Positions 9,956-17,878 of a stretch of DNA of 32,000 nucleotides are shown one piece after another (positions within the stretch are counted from its first letter, which is position 1; every line of letters starts with the position of its first letter). The DNA comes from Methanococcus maripaludis (GTDB lineage Archaea > AGJL01 > Methanococci > Methanococcales > Methanococcaceae): contig NZ_CP026606.1 of the NCBI RefSeq assembly GCF_002945325.1, positions 900,001 to 932,000 of the forward strand, given 5' to 3'. The position numbers were made by a program, and so were the translations under genes. Under the pieces are notes generated by a model, which did not search any database, was not told the DNA's origin, and worked only from the letters and a program-made list of their open reading frames with translations.

Positions 9956-10516
9956 CTAATTTACTTTTACGCCCAATTCTGAAAGTATGTCTTTTGGGAA
10001 CGGTTTTATGATATAGTATACCAAAATACATGAGAGCAGTTTATCTACTAAATTTGCAGGTATTCTGGCCAAAAACGCTGATGAAAAAATATCCTGGCCT
10101 GAATGTAAAAATACCGCTGTTAAAAGGTCAACGCCTCCCCCAACAAGTCCGCCGTATAAATAAACTGCGATTGGAGTTCCAACCATTGGTGCAATTATTG
10201 CAAGCACTAACCCAACAATTACTGAATTTTTAAGATTTATTCCGTGTTTAACTGCAACATATCCTGAAACAAGCCCGATTACAATATTTACTATTGAAAA
10301 TGGGATATATGACGGGTCGAGTATAAATCCAAGAAGAATGTTTGTAAAAAAACCCACCAAAGCTCCTCCAACAGGACCTAACAAAAATCCACTTAAAACA
10401 GTACCGATACTATCTAAAAATATAGGCAATTTTAAAAAAGTTGCAATTTGGCCCCCTATTGCATTTATTGCGATTCCAACAGGGATTGTTGTCATATAAA
10501 GTACTTTTTTATCCAT
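9956..10516 (-). CDS. ECF transporter S component-like membrane protein
   Basis: About six TM helices; PIFLDSIGTVLSGFLLGPVGGALVGFFTNILLG...FSIVNIVIGLVSGY; adjacent T component. Confidence 0.7.
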   Translation of the reverse strand: MDKKVLYMTTIPVGIAINAIGGQIATFLKLPIFLDSIGTVLSGFLLGPVGGALVGFFTNILLGFILDPSYIPFSIVNIVIGLVSGYVAVKHGINLKNSVIVGLVLAIIAPMVGTPIAVYLYGGLVGGGVDLLTAVFLHSGQDIFSSAFLARIPANLVDKLLSCILVYYIIKPFPKDILSELGVKVN

Positions 10517-10618
10517 GATACCACCGTCAATTTAATGGTAGTACTTCTGAAATATAAAGTATATAATAATGTCATTAAAATTATTAATAGTTAATAAACC
10601 CAATAAAAAAATAAAAGA

Positions 10619-11179
10619 TTAATTCCCAAGTTTTAAGTTATAAATGGAAAGTTTGTCCTGCAAAACATATATCATAAAAAATGCAGAGATAAATGAGATA
10701 ATTTTGTCTGCAAAATTGGTATACAGGCCTGCTGCAAATGCTGCTGTTGGAATACTTTCTCCAAAAGCAGTTAAAGTCTGGGTAATGTGGCCTACACCCC
10801 CTTCAGTAATTCCACCAAAGAAATATATCGAAAGAAGGTTTCCCATAATTGAAGAGACTATCGAGACAACTATTGCGGCAAGGAATATGTTTTTAATATT
10901 AATTTGATTTTTATACAACAGTATACCTGTTGTAAGTCCGATTAAAACATTTACTACTGAAAAAAGAAAGTTTTCTTCAGATAGTAAACATCCGGTTATC
11001 AAATTCGTAATAAGTCCTACAAGGGCCCCGATATGAGGGCCCAAAATTATTGCACTAAATATCGTTCCAATACTATCAAGATAAAGCGGAAATAAATATA
11101 TGCTTTCTAGATACGTACCAAAAACATTTAGTCCGATACTAAACATTAGTATCCCTGAAAATAACATTCCGTATTTCAA
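10619..11179 (-). CDS. ECF transporter S component-like membrane protein, paralogue of the 9956-10516 product
   Basis: PLYLDSIGTIFSAIILGPHIGALVGLITNLITG...FSVVNVLIGLTTG aligns with the neighbour; TTG start preceded by GGGGGAGGA. Confidence 0.68.
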   Translation of the reverse strand: MKYGMLFSGILMFSIGLNVFGTYLESIYLFPLYLDSIGTIFSAIILGPHIGALVGLITNLITGCLLSEENFLFSVVNVLIGLTTGILLYKNQINIKNIFLAAIVVSIVSSIMGNLLSIYFFGGITEGGVGHITQTLTAFGESIPTAAFAAGLYTNFADKIISFISAFFMIYVLQDKLSIYNLKLGN

Positions 11180-11268
11180 AAAAATTCCTCCCCCAAATGA
11201 ATGTTAATCATATCTGAGAAAGTAATATATAAATGTTAATAGTGGGTTAAAATCGTCTGATTTTGTAA

Positions 11269-11886
11269 TCACTTTTTAACGGGACATATTTCTTCGCAGT
11301 CTTTACAGAAAATACATGAATTTAGATCTACTTTAATAATTTTGGACTTTAATGAATCTTTTGGGGATTTTAATGCATTAAGGGGGCAGAATTCAACACA
11401 CTTAAGGCATAAATTACATTTTGAATTTATTGAAATTTTGCCATCTTCAAAAGAAATTGCTTTTTGAGGGCATTTTTGAATACACAGTTTACAGTTATTG
11501 CACTCATTGGTAACTTCAGGAACATTTAAAACAGGTATTTCGTTTTTTAAAATTGGAATTGTGCAAAATATTGAACATACTCCGCATTTTATGCATTTTT
11601 CAGAATCAACTGAAAATCGATTTTTTTCAATTGCATCAACAGGACATACATTCAAACACGCACCGCAGTGTTCACAGATTATATCTCGAAATTTAAAAAC
11701 AGATATCGCATTTGTTGGACATACATCAACGCATAAACCGCAGCATATGCAATCTTCAAGTTCTGGATTTGTGGTTTCTCCAATAATTTCAGGATTTTTG
11801 TATGATCTGAACAGGTTGAAAAAAATATTTTTTAAAAATTTTCCTTTTGAAAAAATTTTGTTAAACTCTTCGCCTTCGTGAGACAT
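11269..11886 (-). CDS. polyferredoxin-like protein with six 4Fe-4S binding motifs
   Basis: CICCGLCVDVCP, CEHCGACLNVCP, CIKCGVCSIFC, CNNCKLCIQKCP, CNLCLKCVEFCP, CIFCKDCEEICP. Confidence 0.92.
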   Translation of the reverse strand: MSHEGEEFNKIFSKGKFLKNIFFNLFRSYKNPEIIGETTNPELEDCICCGLCVDVCPTNAISVFKFRDIICEHCGACLNVCPVDAIEKNRFSVDSEKCIKCGVCSIFCTIPILKNEIPVLNVPEVTNECNNCKLCIQKCPQKAISFEDGKISINSKCNLCLKCVEFCPLNALKSPKDSLKSKIIKVDLNSCIFCKDCEEICPVKK

Positions 11887-11931
11887 GTTTTCACAATAAA
11901 TCCAAATATATCGATTATAATAATTATTATT

Positions 11932-11937
11932 AAAAAA
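11932..11937 (-). terminator. oligo-U terminator candidate at end of the tRNA/5S operon
   Basis: Minus strand reads ...CCAGAGCGCTTTTTTAATAATAATTATT immediately after tRNA-Asp; T-runs are common archaeal termination signals. Confidence 0.55.
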
Positions 11938-11938
11938 G

Positions 11939-12013
11939 CGCTCTGGCCGGGATTTGAACCCGAGTCACAGGAGTGACAGTCCTGTATGATAGGCCGAGCT
12001 ACACCACCAGAGC
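11939..12013 (-). tRNA. tRNA-Asp(GTC), copy 1
   Basis: Minus strand GCTCTGG...CAGGA-CTGTCAC-TCCTG...GGTTCAAATCC...CCAGAGC; complete cloverleaf, no CCA encoded. Confidence 0.96.
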
Positions 12014-12033
12014 ATGTGAAAGTAAATTTTGAG

Positions 12034-12107
12034 CGGGCCCGAAGGGATTCGAACCCTCGACCGCCTGATTAAAAGTCAGGCGCTCTACCAGACTAAGCTA
12101 CGGGCCC
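12034..12107 (-). tRNA. tRNA-Lys(TTT), copy 1
   Basis: Minus strand GGGCCCGTAGCTTAG...CCTGA-CTTTTAA-TCAGG...GGTTCGAATCCCTTCGGGCCCG. Confidence 0.96.
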
Positions 12108-12140
12108 AGATTGCGTTTTGTATTGAAAATAGAAATAAGG

Positions 12141-12215
12141 CGCTCTGGCCGGGATTTGAACCCGAGTCACAGGAGTGACAGTCCTGTATGATAGGCCGAG
12201 CTACACCACCAGAGC
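12141..12215 (-). tRNA. tRNA-Asp(GTC), copy 2
   Basis: Same sequence as the copy at 11939-12013 by eye. Confidence 0.96.
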
Positions 12216-12233
12216 ATGTGAAATAAAAAGTGA

Positions 12234-12346
12234 CTAACAGCGTCACATTGTTCCCACCAGATGGCAGTACTTAATGAATCGCAGGAGGGCTTAATTTCCG
12301 AGATCGGGATGGGATCGGATGTAACTCCTCCGCTATGACCGTTATG
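12234..12346 (-). rRNA. 5S ribosomal RNA (unlinked to 16S/23S within this window)
   Basis: Minus strand TAACGGTCATAGCGGAGGAGTTACATCCGATCCCATCCCGATCTCGGAAATTAAGCCCTCCTGCGAT...TGGTGGGAACAATGTGACGCTGTTA. Conserved 5S core; terminal helix TAACGG/CTGTTA. Ends approximate. Confidence 0.93.
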
Positions 12347-12386
12347 TCAGACCCTTCAGAGTTATTAACTCTGATAAATTTTTGAG

Positions 12387-12460
12387 CGGGCCCGAAGGGA
12401 TTCGAACCCTCGACCGCCTGATTAAAAGTCAGGCGCTCTACCAGACTAAGCTACGGGCCC
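12387..12460 (-). tRNA. tRNA-Lys(TTT), copy 2
   Basis: Same sequence as the copy at 12034-12107 by eye. Confidence 0.96.
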
Positions 12461-12476
12461 CGAAATAATATATGAG

Positions 12477-12550
12477 TCCCGCGAGCCGGATTTGAACCAG
12501 CGACATGCGGATCTACAGTCCGCCGTTCTACCAGTCTGAACTATCGCGGG
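12477..12550 (-). tRNA. tRNA-Tyr(GTA)
   Basis: Minus strand CCCGCGATAGTTCAG...GCGGA-CTGTAGA-TCCGC...GGTTCAAATCCGGCTCGCGGGA; C1-G72 pair typical of archaeal tRNA-Tyr. Confidence 0.95.
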
Positions 12551-12561
12551 AATATAAGTGG

Positions 12562-12635
12562 TGGGCCTGCCCAGATTCGAACTGGGGTTTCAGGATCCCA
12601 AATCCCAAAGGATGACCAGGCTACCCCACAGGCCC
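12562..12635 (-). tRNA. tRNA-Pro(TGG)
   Basis: Minus strand GGGCCTGTGGGGTAG...TGGGA-TTTGGGA-TCCTG...AGTTCGAATCTGGGCAGGCCCA. Confidence 0.94.
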
Positions 12636-12681
12636 ATTTGACAATTATTATTTGAACTTACCTATTTATAAAGGTAACTCA

Positions 12682-12755
12682 AGCCCCGGGGGGGATTCGA
12701 ACCCCCGACCACCTGATTACAAGTCAGGCGCTCTACCAGGCTGAGCCACCGAGGC
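12682..12755 (-). tRNA. tRNA-Thr(TGT)
   Basis: Minus strand GCCTCGGTGGCTCAG...CCTGA-CTTGTAA-TCAGG...GGTTCGAATCCCCCCCGGGGCT. Confidence 0.95.
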
Positions 12756-12788
12756 AATTTGTTCGCATACTCAATAATAGTATCATTA

Positions 12789-12805
12789 TATATAAAGCTT
12801 TCGGT
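12789..12805 (-). promoter_or_regulatory. BRE + TATA promoter of the tRNA/5S operon
   Basis: Minus strand ACCGAAAGCTTTATATA followed about 25 nt downstream by GTATGCGA near the expected start, just upstream of tRNA-Thr; matches the classical methanococcal stable RNA promoter form. Confidence 0.85.
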
Positions 12806-12912
12806 AGTTCTTTTTGGTAAATTATTTTTCAAATAATTATCGTGTTTTATGTTTTAAAAAGGTAGTATAAAAATTCAATTTAAAATAAAAATTGAGGTAA
12901 GTTTAAACAAAA

Positions 12913-13812
12913 TTAAATTCCTCTTTTTGCAAGAAGCTTTTCTTCTGGAATTTCATCAATATTAATTCCGACCATTGCTTCTCCTAAGTTTTTGCTTACT
13001 TCCCCGATTACGTCTGCTTTATCGAAGTTGTAGGTTGCTTCAACAATTGCTTTTGCTCTTGTTGCAGGGTTTCCTGATTTAAAGATTCCTGAGCCTACAA
13101 ATACCCCGTCACATCCCATTTGCATCATTAAAGCTGCGTCTGCAGGTGTTGCAATTCCACCAGCTGCAAAGTTTACAACGGGAAGTCTTTTGAGTTCTGC
13201 AACTTCTGAAATGAGTTCCATTGGAACTTTTAATTCGTTTCTTGCCATTTGAATTAATTCTGCTTCAAGACCCATTTCTTTGTATCCAACAACTCTTGCA
13301 ATTCCTTCGTTAACTGCCCTCATGTGTTTTACAGCTTCAACAACGTTTCCAGTTCCAGCTTCCCCTTTGGTCCTAATCATTGCTGCTCCTTCATCGATTC
13401 TTCTCAAAGCTTCGCCCAAGTTTCTTGCACCGCAGACAAATGGTGCTGTAAATGCTCGTTTGTCGATGTGGTTTACTTCATCAGCGGGCGTTAAAACTTC
13501 ACTCTCGTCAACCATGTCAACACCGATTGATTCTAACACCTGGGCTTCCACATAGTGTCCTATTCTTGCTTTTGCCATTACTGGAATAGATACTGCGTCT
13601 TTAATTTCTAAAATCATTTCTGGGTCAGACATTCTTGCAACGCCACCCTGCACCCTAATATCCGCAGGAACTCTTTCTAAAGCCATTACAGCAGCAGCAC
13701 CTGCTTCTTCTGCAATCAATGCCTGTTCCACGTTTGTAACATCCATTACAACCCCGTGTTTTACCATTTTCGCAAATCCCCTTTTTAAAAGGTCTGTTCC
13801 TAATTTTTTCAT
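12913..13812 (-). CDS. pdxS: pyridoxal 5'-phosphate synthase subunit PdxS
   Basis: [31 protein letters not shown]..., [55 protein letters not shown]. Start at ATG 13812, not the upstream ORF extension. Confidence 0.98.
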   Translation of the reverse strand: MKKLGTDLLKRGFAKMVKHGVVMDVTNVEQALIAEEAGAAAVMALERVPADIRVQGGVARMSDPEMILEIKDAVSIPVMAKARIGHYVEAQVLESIGVDMVDESEVLTPADEVNHIDKRAFTAPFVCGARNLGEALRRIDEGAAMIRTKGEAGTGNVVEAVKHMRAVNEGIARVVGYKEMGLEAELIQMARNELKVPMELISEVAELKRLPVVNFAAGGIATPADAALMMQMGCDGVFVGSGIFKSGNPATRAKAIVEATYNFDKADVIGEVSKNLGEAMVGINIDEIPEEKLLAKRGI

Positions 13813-13854
13813 GTTATCTCTCCATTTTAGATACGTTCCATATACTACGCGTTT

Positions 13855-13868
13855 CAAAATTAATTTTG
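13855..13868. promoter_or_regulatory. 14-bp perfect palindrome CAAAATTAATTTTG upstream of pdxS
   Basis: Sits between a minus-strand TATA-like TTTTTTATATTT and the pdxS start. Confidence 0.35.
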
Positions 13869-13930
13869 TTTTCAAATATAAAAAAGTATGTTGATTTTTT
13901 AATATTTTAATTTAAAAAAGATAATTAATA

Positions 13931-14581
13931 TTAAAAGCCATTTTCACCAATTAATGGAACAAATGCAACCTCTAAAAGTTTTTCTTCGGATATACTACCG
14001 TTTATTTTCGTATATCTCATTAGCGTTTGAAAGTGGGCCCCAACGGGTGCAATTAAAATTCCACCATCATGTAACTGTTCGATAAGTGCTTTTGGAACAT
14101 CCGGACCTGATGCAGTGACATATATCCTATCGTATGGAGCATTTTCTAAATAACCTTTTGTACCGTCCCCGAAAACCACTTCAACGTTATTATATCCAAG
14201 TTCTGAGATTATTTTCTTTGAATTTTCAAAAAGTTCAGGTATCCTCTCGATAGTTGTAACTTTTCCAGATTCGCCAACAATTTCTGAAACTACTGCTGCA
14301 TGATAGCCTGAGCCAGTTCCAACTTCAAGTACATTCTGTCCCTCATCCAGATCAAGTTCTTCGCACATTATTCCAACCATGTGTATTGCAGAAATAGTCT
14401 GCCCATATCCTATCCCTAAAGGGCTATCAACATACGCATAACTTTCCATACTCTTCGAAATAAATTTGTGCCGTGGAACACTTAAAAGTGCATCGATTAC
14501 ACTTTGTTTTTTAATATATCCCTTTGAAATCAGGTTTTCAATAACTGAAACAATTTCATTTAAAGGCATGTACCCAACCAC
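13931..14581 (-). CDS. pcm: protein-L-isoaspartate O-methyltransferase
   Basis: PRHKFI, GYGQTISAIHMV, LEVGTGSGYHAAV, DRIYVTASGPDVPKALIEQL, GGILIAPVG. Confidence 0.95.
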   Translation of the reverse strand: MVGYMPLNEIVSVIENLISKGYIKKQSVIDALLSVPRHKFISKSMESYAYVDSPLGIGYGQTISAIHMVGIMCEELDLDEGQNVLEVGTGSGYHAAVVSEIVGESGKVTTIERIPELFENSKKIISELGYNNVEVVFGDGTKGYLENAPYDRIYVTASGPDVPKALIEQLHDGGILIAPVGAHFQTLMRYTKINGSISEEKLLEVAFVPLIGENGF

Positions 14582-14658
14582 CCCCTGTTAAAAAAATTGT
14601 TTAATATTTATATGTTCAAAAAGATATATAATTCGGCTCTAAACTCTTTGGTGAATAT

Positions 14659-15144
14659 ATGGAAAATCTTGAAAATGCACTTGGAAAGTATCATAACATT
14701 AAATTGAAACATGTAATACCTCCTGTAGACATGATGCCTGTTGTTTGCTATAATGACCCAATAATTAAGGTTATGGAACTTTTAAGATCACGACACCACG
14801 TTTGGGTTATAAATTGTAAAGAAGAAGGCAGTTTGCTTGGTGTTATTAAATATTTGAGTGTAATTGACTTTTTACTTCCTCCAGACAAGCATAACCTGTA
14901 CATAGGCAGTACTCGTTCTGCATTGAAATCCGTTATTGGCGGTGCAAAAACTGCAAAAGAAGTCATGGAAAAAAATGCACTCACTATCAATCATAATTCT
15001 ACAGTTATCGATGCACTGTTAAAGATGAAACGGTACAATGTGCAGATATTGGCAGTTTTAAATGACGAAGAAAGGTTAATTGGAGAAATAAGTTTAAAAA
15101 TATTAATTGACAAATTTTTAAGTCTTTGTTTGGCTCAAGAATAA
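14659..15144 (+). CDS. CBS domain-containing protein
   Basis: Tandem CBS-like pattern (PIIKVMELLRSRHHVWVIN...LLGVIKYLSVIDFLL and NSTVIDALLKMKRYNVQILAVLNDEERLIGEISLKILI). Confidence 0.8.
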   Translation: MENLENALGKYHNIKLKHVIPPVDMMPVVCYNDPIIKVMELLRSRHHVWVINCKEEGSLLGVIKYLSVIDFLLPPDKHNLYIGSTRSALKSVIGGAKTAKEVMEKNALTINHNSTVIDALLKMKRYNVQILAVLNDEERLIGEISLKILIDKFLSLCLAQE

Positions 15145-15158
15145 TTAGAGGGGTTTTA

Positions 15159-16337
15159 ATGGATATTAGCTGGGTGTTGTTTACCATTGGAATTGCGATA
15201 ATCTTTGGTAAACTTGGTGACCACCTGATGAATAAATTAGGATTTCCGGGAGTTCTCGGTGAAATGATTATGGGAATGATCCTTGGAAATCTAGTATATT
15301 TTGGATTAGTAAGTCCTGACCATCTCACAATTCAGAATAATGAAATTTTTGATTTTTTATCACGTTTAGGCATTATATTTTTGTTATTTTTAGGTGGGCT
15401 TGATACTGACCTGTCGGTTTTAAAGAAAACTGGCAAAATTGCTACAGTTTCTACTGTTTTTGGTGTTTTGGTTCCGCTTGTAATGGGTTACCTTGCACTG
15501 CAGTATATGGGTTACACTGCCGCTGAATCGTTTGCAGGAGGAGTGGTATTAACTGCAACGAGTATTGGAATTACTGTAAGGGTAATGATGGACATGGGTG
15601 TTTTAAAAAGTGAAGTTGGTGCAGCATCGCTCAGTGCCAGCATTATGGACGATTTTTTAGGCATAATGCTGATAATATTTGCAGTTGGTACTGGAAGCAT
15701 CCTTGGACTTTTAGGAAAATTCGCAATTTTCTTTATAATTACAGGATTCCTTGCCATGAAACTTGTAAATAAGTTTATTTCGTTTTCAGAAAAACTCCAT
15801 GTAGAAAAAGGAATACTGTCTCTTGCAATAGCAGTCATGTTTTTATTCTCATTTTTAGCAGAAAATTGGTTTGAGGCCGCTATTGAAGGCTCATTTATGG
15901 CAGGTTTAGTACTTTCAAGAACTGCCGAAGGTAAAAACTTAATTGAAGACGTTAAAACAATAGGCTACAGTATATTAATCCCTTTATTCTTCGTATATAC
16001 GGGGGCATCCTTAAATTTAACAATTTTTGGAGATTTTGATGCACTCTACCTTGCTTTAGTACTAACTGCAATTGCAATTGTAAGTAAAGTCGTTGGAAGA
16101 GGATTTGGTGCGAGAATCATGGGTTGGAATATGAAAAAATCGCTTCAAATGGGGATTGGATCGATTCCTCGAGCAGAAATTGCATTGATCAACCTTATGG
16201 TTGCAATACATGCAGGAGTAATTTCTGAATCCAATGTCGGAAAATTCATTGCTGCAACAATGATATTCATTACAATATCGATTATTTCAACACCGCCACT
16301 ATTAAAATGGGCATTTACAGAAGAAGTAGAAAATTAA
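15159..16337 (+). CDS. cation:proton antiporter, CPA2/KefB-type membrane protein
   Basis: GKLGDHLMNKLGFPGVLGEMIMGMILG, FLLFLGGLDTDLSVLKK, FFVYTGASLNL, SIPRAEIALI; 12-13 TM helices. Start taken at ATG 15159. Confidence 0.9.
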   Translation: MDISWVLFTIGIAIIFGKLGDHLMNKLGFPGVLGEMIMGMILGNLVYFGLVSPDHLTIQNNEIFDFLSRLGIIFLLFLGGLDTDLSVLKKTGKIATVSTVFGVLVPLVMGYLALQYMGYTAAESFAGGVVLTATSIGITVRVMMDMGVLKSEVGAASLSASIMDDFLGIMLIIFAVGTGSILGLLGKFAIFFIITGFLAMKLVNKFISFSEKLHVEKGILSLAIAVMFLFSFLAENWFEAAIEGSFMAGLVLSRTAEGKNLIEDVKTIGYSILIPLFFVYTGASLNLTIFGDFDALYLALVLTAIAIVSKVVGRGFGARIMGWNMKKSLQMGIGSIPRAEIALINLMVAIHAGVISESNVGKFIAATMIFITISIISTPPLLKWAFTEEVEN

Positions 16338-16356
16338 ATCATTATTTATTCTTTTT

Positions 16357-17508
16357 TTATTTTTTTATCGCAATATATGCAATGTAACTTATTAAAAATG
16401 AAAATACTGCCCCTATTTTATACATGTTAGAAATTCCAACGATATCGGAAATATAGCCGAGTAAAACTGCTCCAAAAAATATTCCAACATTTATACTTGC
16501 AGTGTAAAGGCCCATTGCTTCACCCTGTCTTTTATCCGGAATATCTCGTATTGCGATCGAATTAATGCCCGGAGTACTCATTGAAGCCCCTATTGATGAG
16601 ATAATTAACGAAATAAACATTGTAGTAAATGACGTGGACATTGCAAGGATAAACATTCCCAAATTTCCAATAATTATTCCGTGTAAAATTATTCTGTTTC
16701 CTTTTTCATCAAAAATTCTTCCAAACATTTTTTGAGTTACTGCAAGAACCAGATTCATTGCTGCAAGCATTATTCCGATTTTAAAGGCAGAAACTCCATA
16801 ATCATAAGCGTAAATTGCAAGATATGCTAAAATTGCGCCTCTAGAAATTGTTAATGCAATATTTATTATAAATGCCGCGCTAAAATTCCTCATTTTTAAA
16901 AATTCCAGTGAAAATAAATTTTTCCAAGATAATTTTTGTTTTTCTTGGGTTTTTGGAGTATCTTCAAGTTTAAAATATGCTATTATTGATGCAATTATAC
17001 CTAAAAGCCCACCTACATAAAATGGAACCATAAATCCATACATATCTGCAAGTAATCCCCCAAGCAGCGGTCCAACCCCAAATCCTAAAGATATCGCAGA
17101 ATTAAATAACCCCATGTATTCTCCAAGTTTTGATTTTGGCGAAGTTTGTGCGATATATGAACCTGCAACAGGATTTACGAATGCAGAAAAAACTCCTGTG
17201 AATGTCCTAACTATCAATATACTTGCAAATCCTGATGCAAAACCATAAAATAAAGTTGTTACACCATAAAGAAGAGTTCCGCCCACCAAAAATACTTTTT
17301 TTCCGTAAGAATCTGATAGGGTTCCCGCAGGAAGCTGAAATATCGTCCTAACTAGTGCAAAAGATCCAAAAATCAGTCCTATCTGGAAATTTGATAACCC
17401 GTATGATTTTGCAAATATCGCGAGAAGTGGCGAAATTAGCCCAATACCGAGCATCGTCACAAAAATTGTGATCCATAGAACGTAAATTCCTTTCATTTCT
17501 TCTTTCAT
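16357..17508 (-). CDS. MFS transporter
   Basis: GTLSDSYGKKVFLVGGTLLYG, GEYMGLFNSAISLGFGVGPLLGGLLAD, twelve TM-like segments. Confidence 0.92.
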   Translation of the reverse strand: MKEEMKGIYVLWITIFVTMLGIGLISPLLAIFAKSYGLSNFQIGLIFGSFALVRTIFQLPAGTLSDSYGKKVFLVGGTLLYGVTTLFYGFASGFASILIVRTFTGVFSAFVNPVAGSYIAQTSPKSKLGEYMGLFNSAISLGFGVGPLLGGLLADMYGFMVPFYVGGLLGIIASIIAYFKLEDTPKTQEKQKLSWKNLFSLEFLKMRNFSAAFIINIALTISRGAILAYLAIYAYDYGVSAFKIGIMLAAMNLVLAVTQKMFGRIFDEKGNRIILHGIIIGNLGMFILAMSTSFTTMFISLIISSIGASMSTPGINSIAIRDIPDKRQGEAMGLYTASINVGIFFGAVLLGYISDIVGISNMYKIGAVFSFLISYIAYIAIKK

Positions 17509-17650
17509 GACTTTTCACTTTATGGTTTATAACAAAAATCTCCCTTGAGGTATAAATACAATGGGGCAATTAGAAACATTTACAAACCTATAAAAATATG
17601 TAATGCTTAATGAGAATAAACCTGAAAAAATTACTAATTGAGGTGTAATT

Positions 17651-17848
17651 ATGGTATATAAAGTAAACGAAGACGAATGTATCGCATGTGGAGCATGTGT
17701 TCCAGTATGCCCTGTACAAGCTATCTCAGAAAACGCTGATGGTAAAGCAGTTATTGACTGTGCTAAATGTAACGACTGTGGCGACTGTTCAGACGTATGC
17801 CCTGTAGAATGCATTAAACAGGAAAAAACCTGTGGATGCTGTCAATAA
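17651..17848 (+). CDS. ferredoxin, 2[4Fe-4S] type
   Basis: CIACGACVPVCPVQAI and CAKCNDCGDCSDVCPVECI; 65 aa. Confidence 0.93.
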   Translation: MVYKVNEDECIACGACVPVCPVQAISENADGKAVIDCAKCNDCGDCSDVCPVECIKQEKTCGCCQ

Positions 17849-17878
17849 TTTATTTTAACCTTTTAATCTATTTTTAAA

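Noticed and set aside
11939-12215. Repeated segments considered as a possible CRISPR or mobile repeat
   Set aside because: The repeats are complete tRNA-Asp and tRNA-Lys genes with cloverleaf structure; no spacer array pattern or cas genes.
12913-13875. N-terminal extension of PdxS ([21 protein letters not shown])
   Set aside because: The extension covers the promoter region; conserved PdxS begins [12 protein letters not shown] at 13812.
15005-15838. Minus-strand ORFs at 15005-15328 and 15512-15838
   Set aside because: Antisense to the CBS and antiporter genes; no independent support.
17348-17569. 73 aa minus-strand ORF overlapping the MFS 5' end
   Set aside because: It is the same DNA as the MFS start read in another frame (MKEEMKGIYVLW); no RBS or homology.
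17527-17814. 95 aa minus-strand ORF over the ferredoxin gene
   Set aside because: Antisense of a Cys-rich ferredoxin, giving Thr/His-rich noise.
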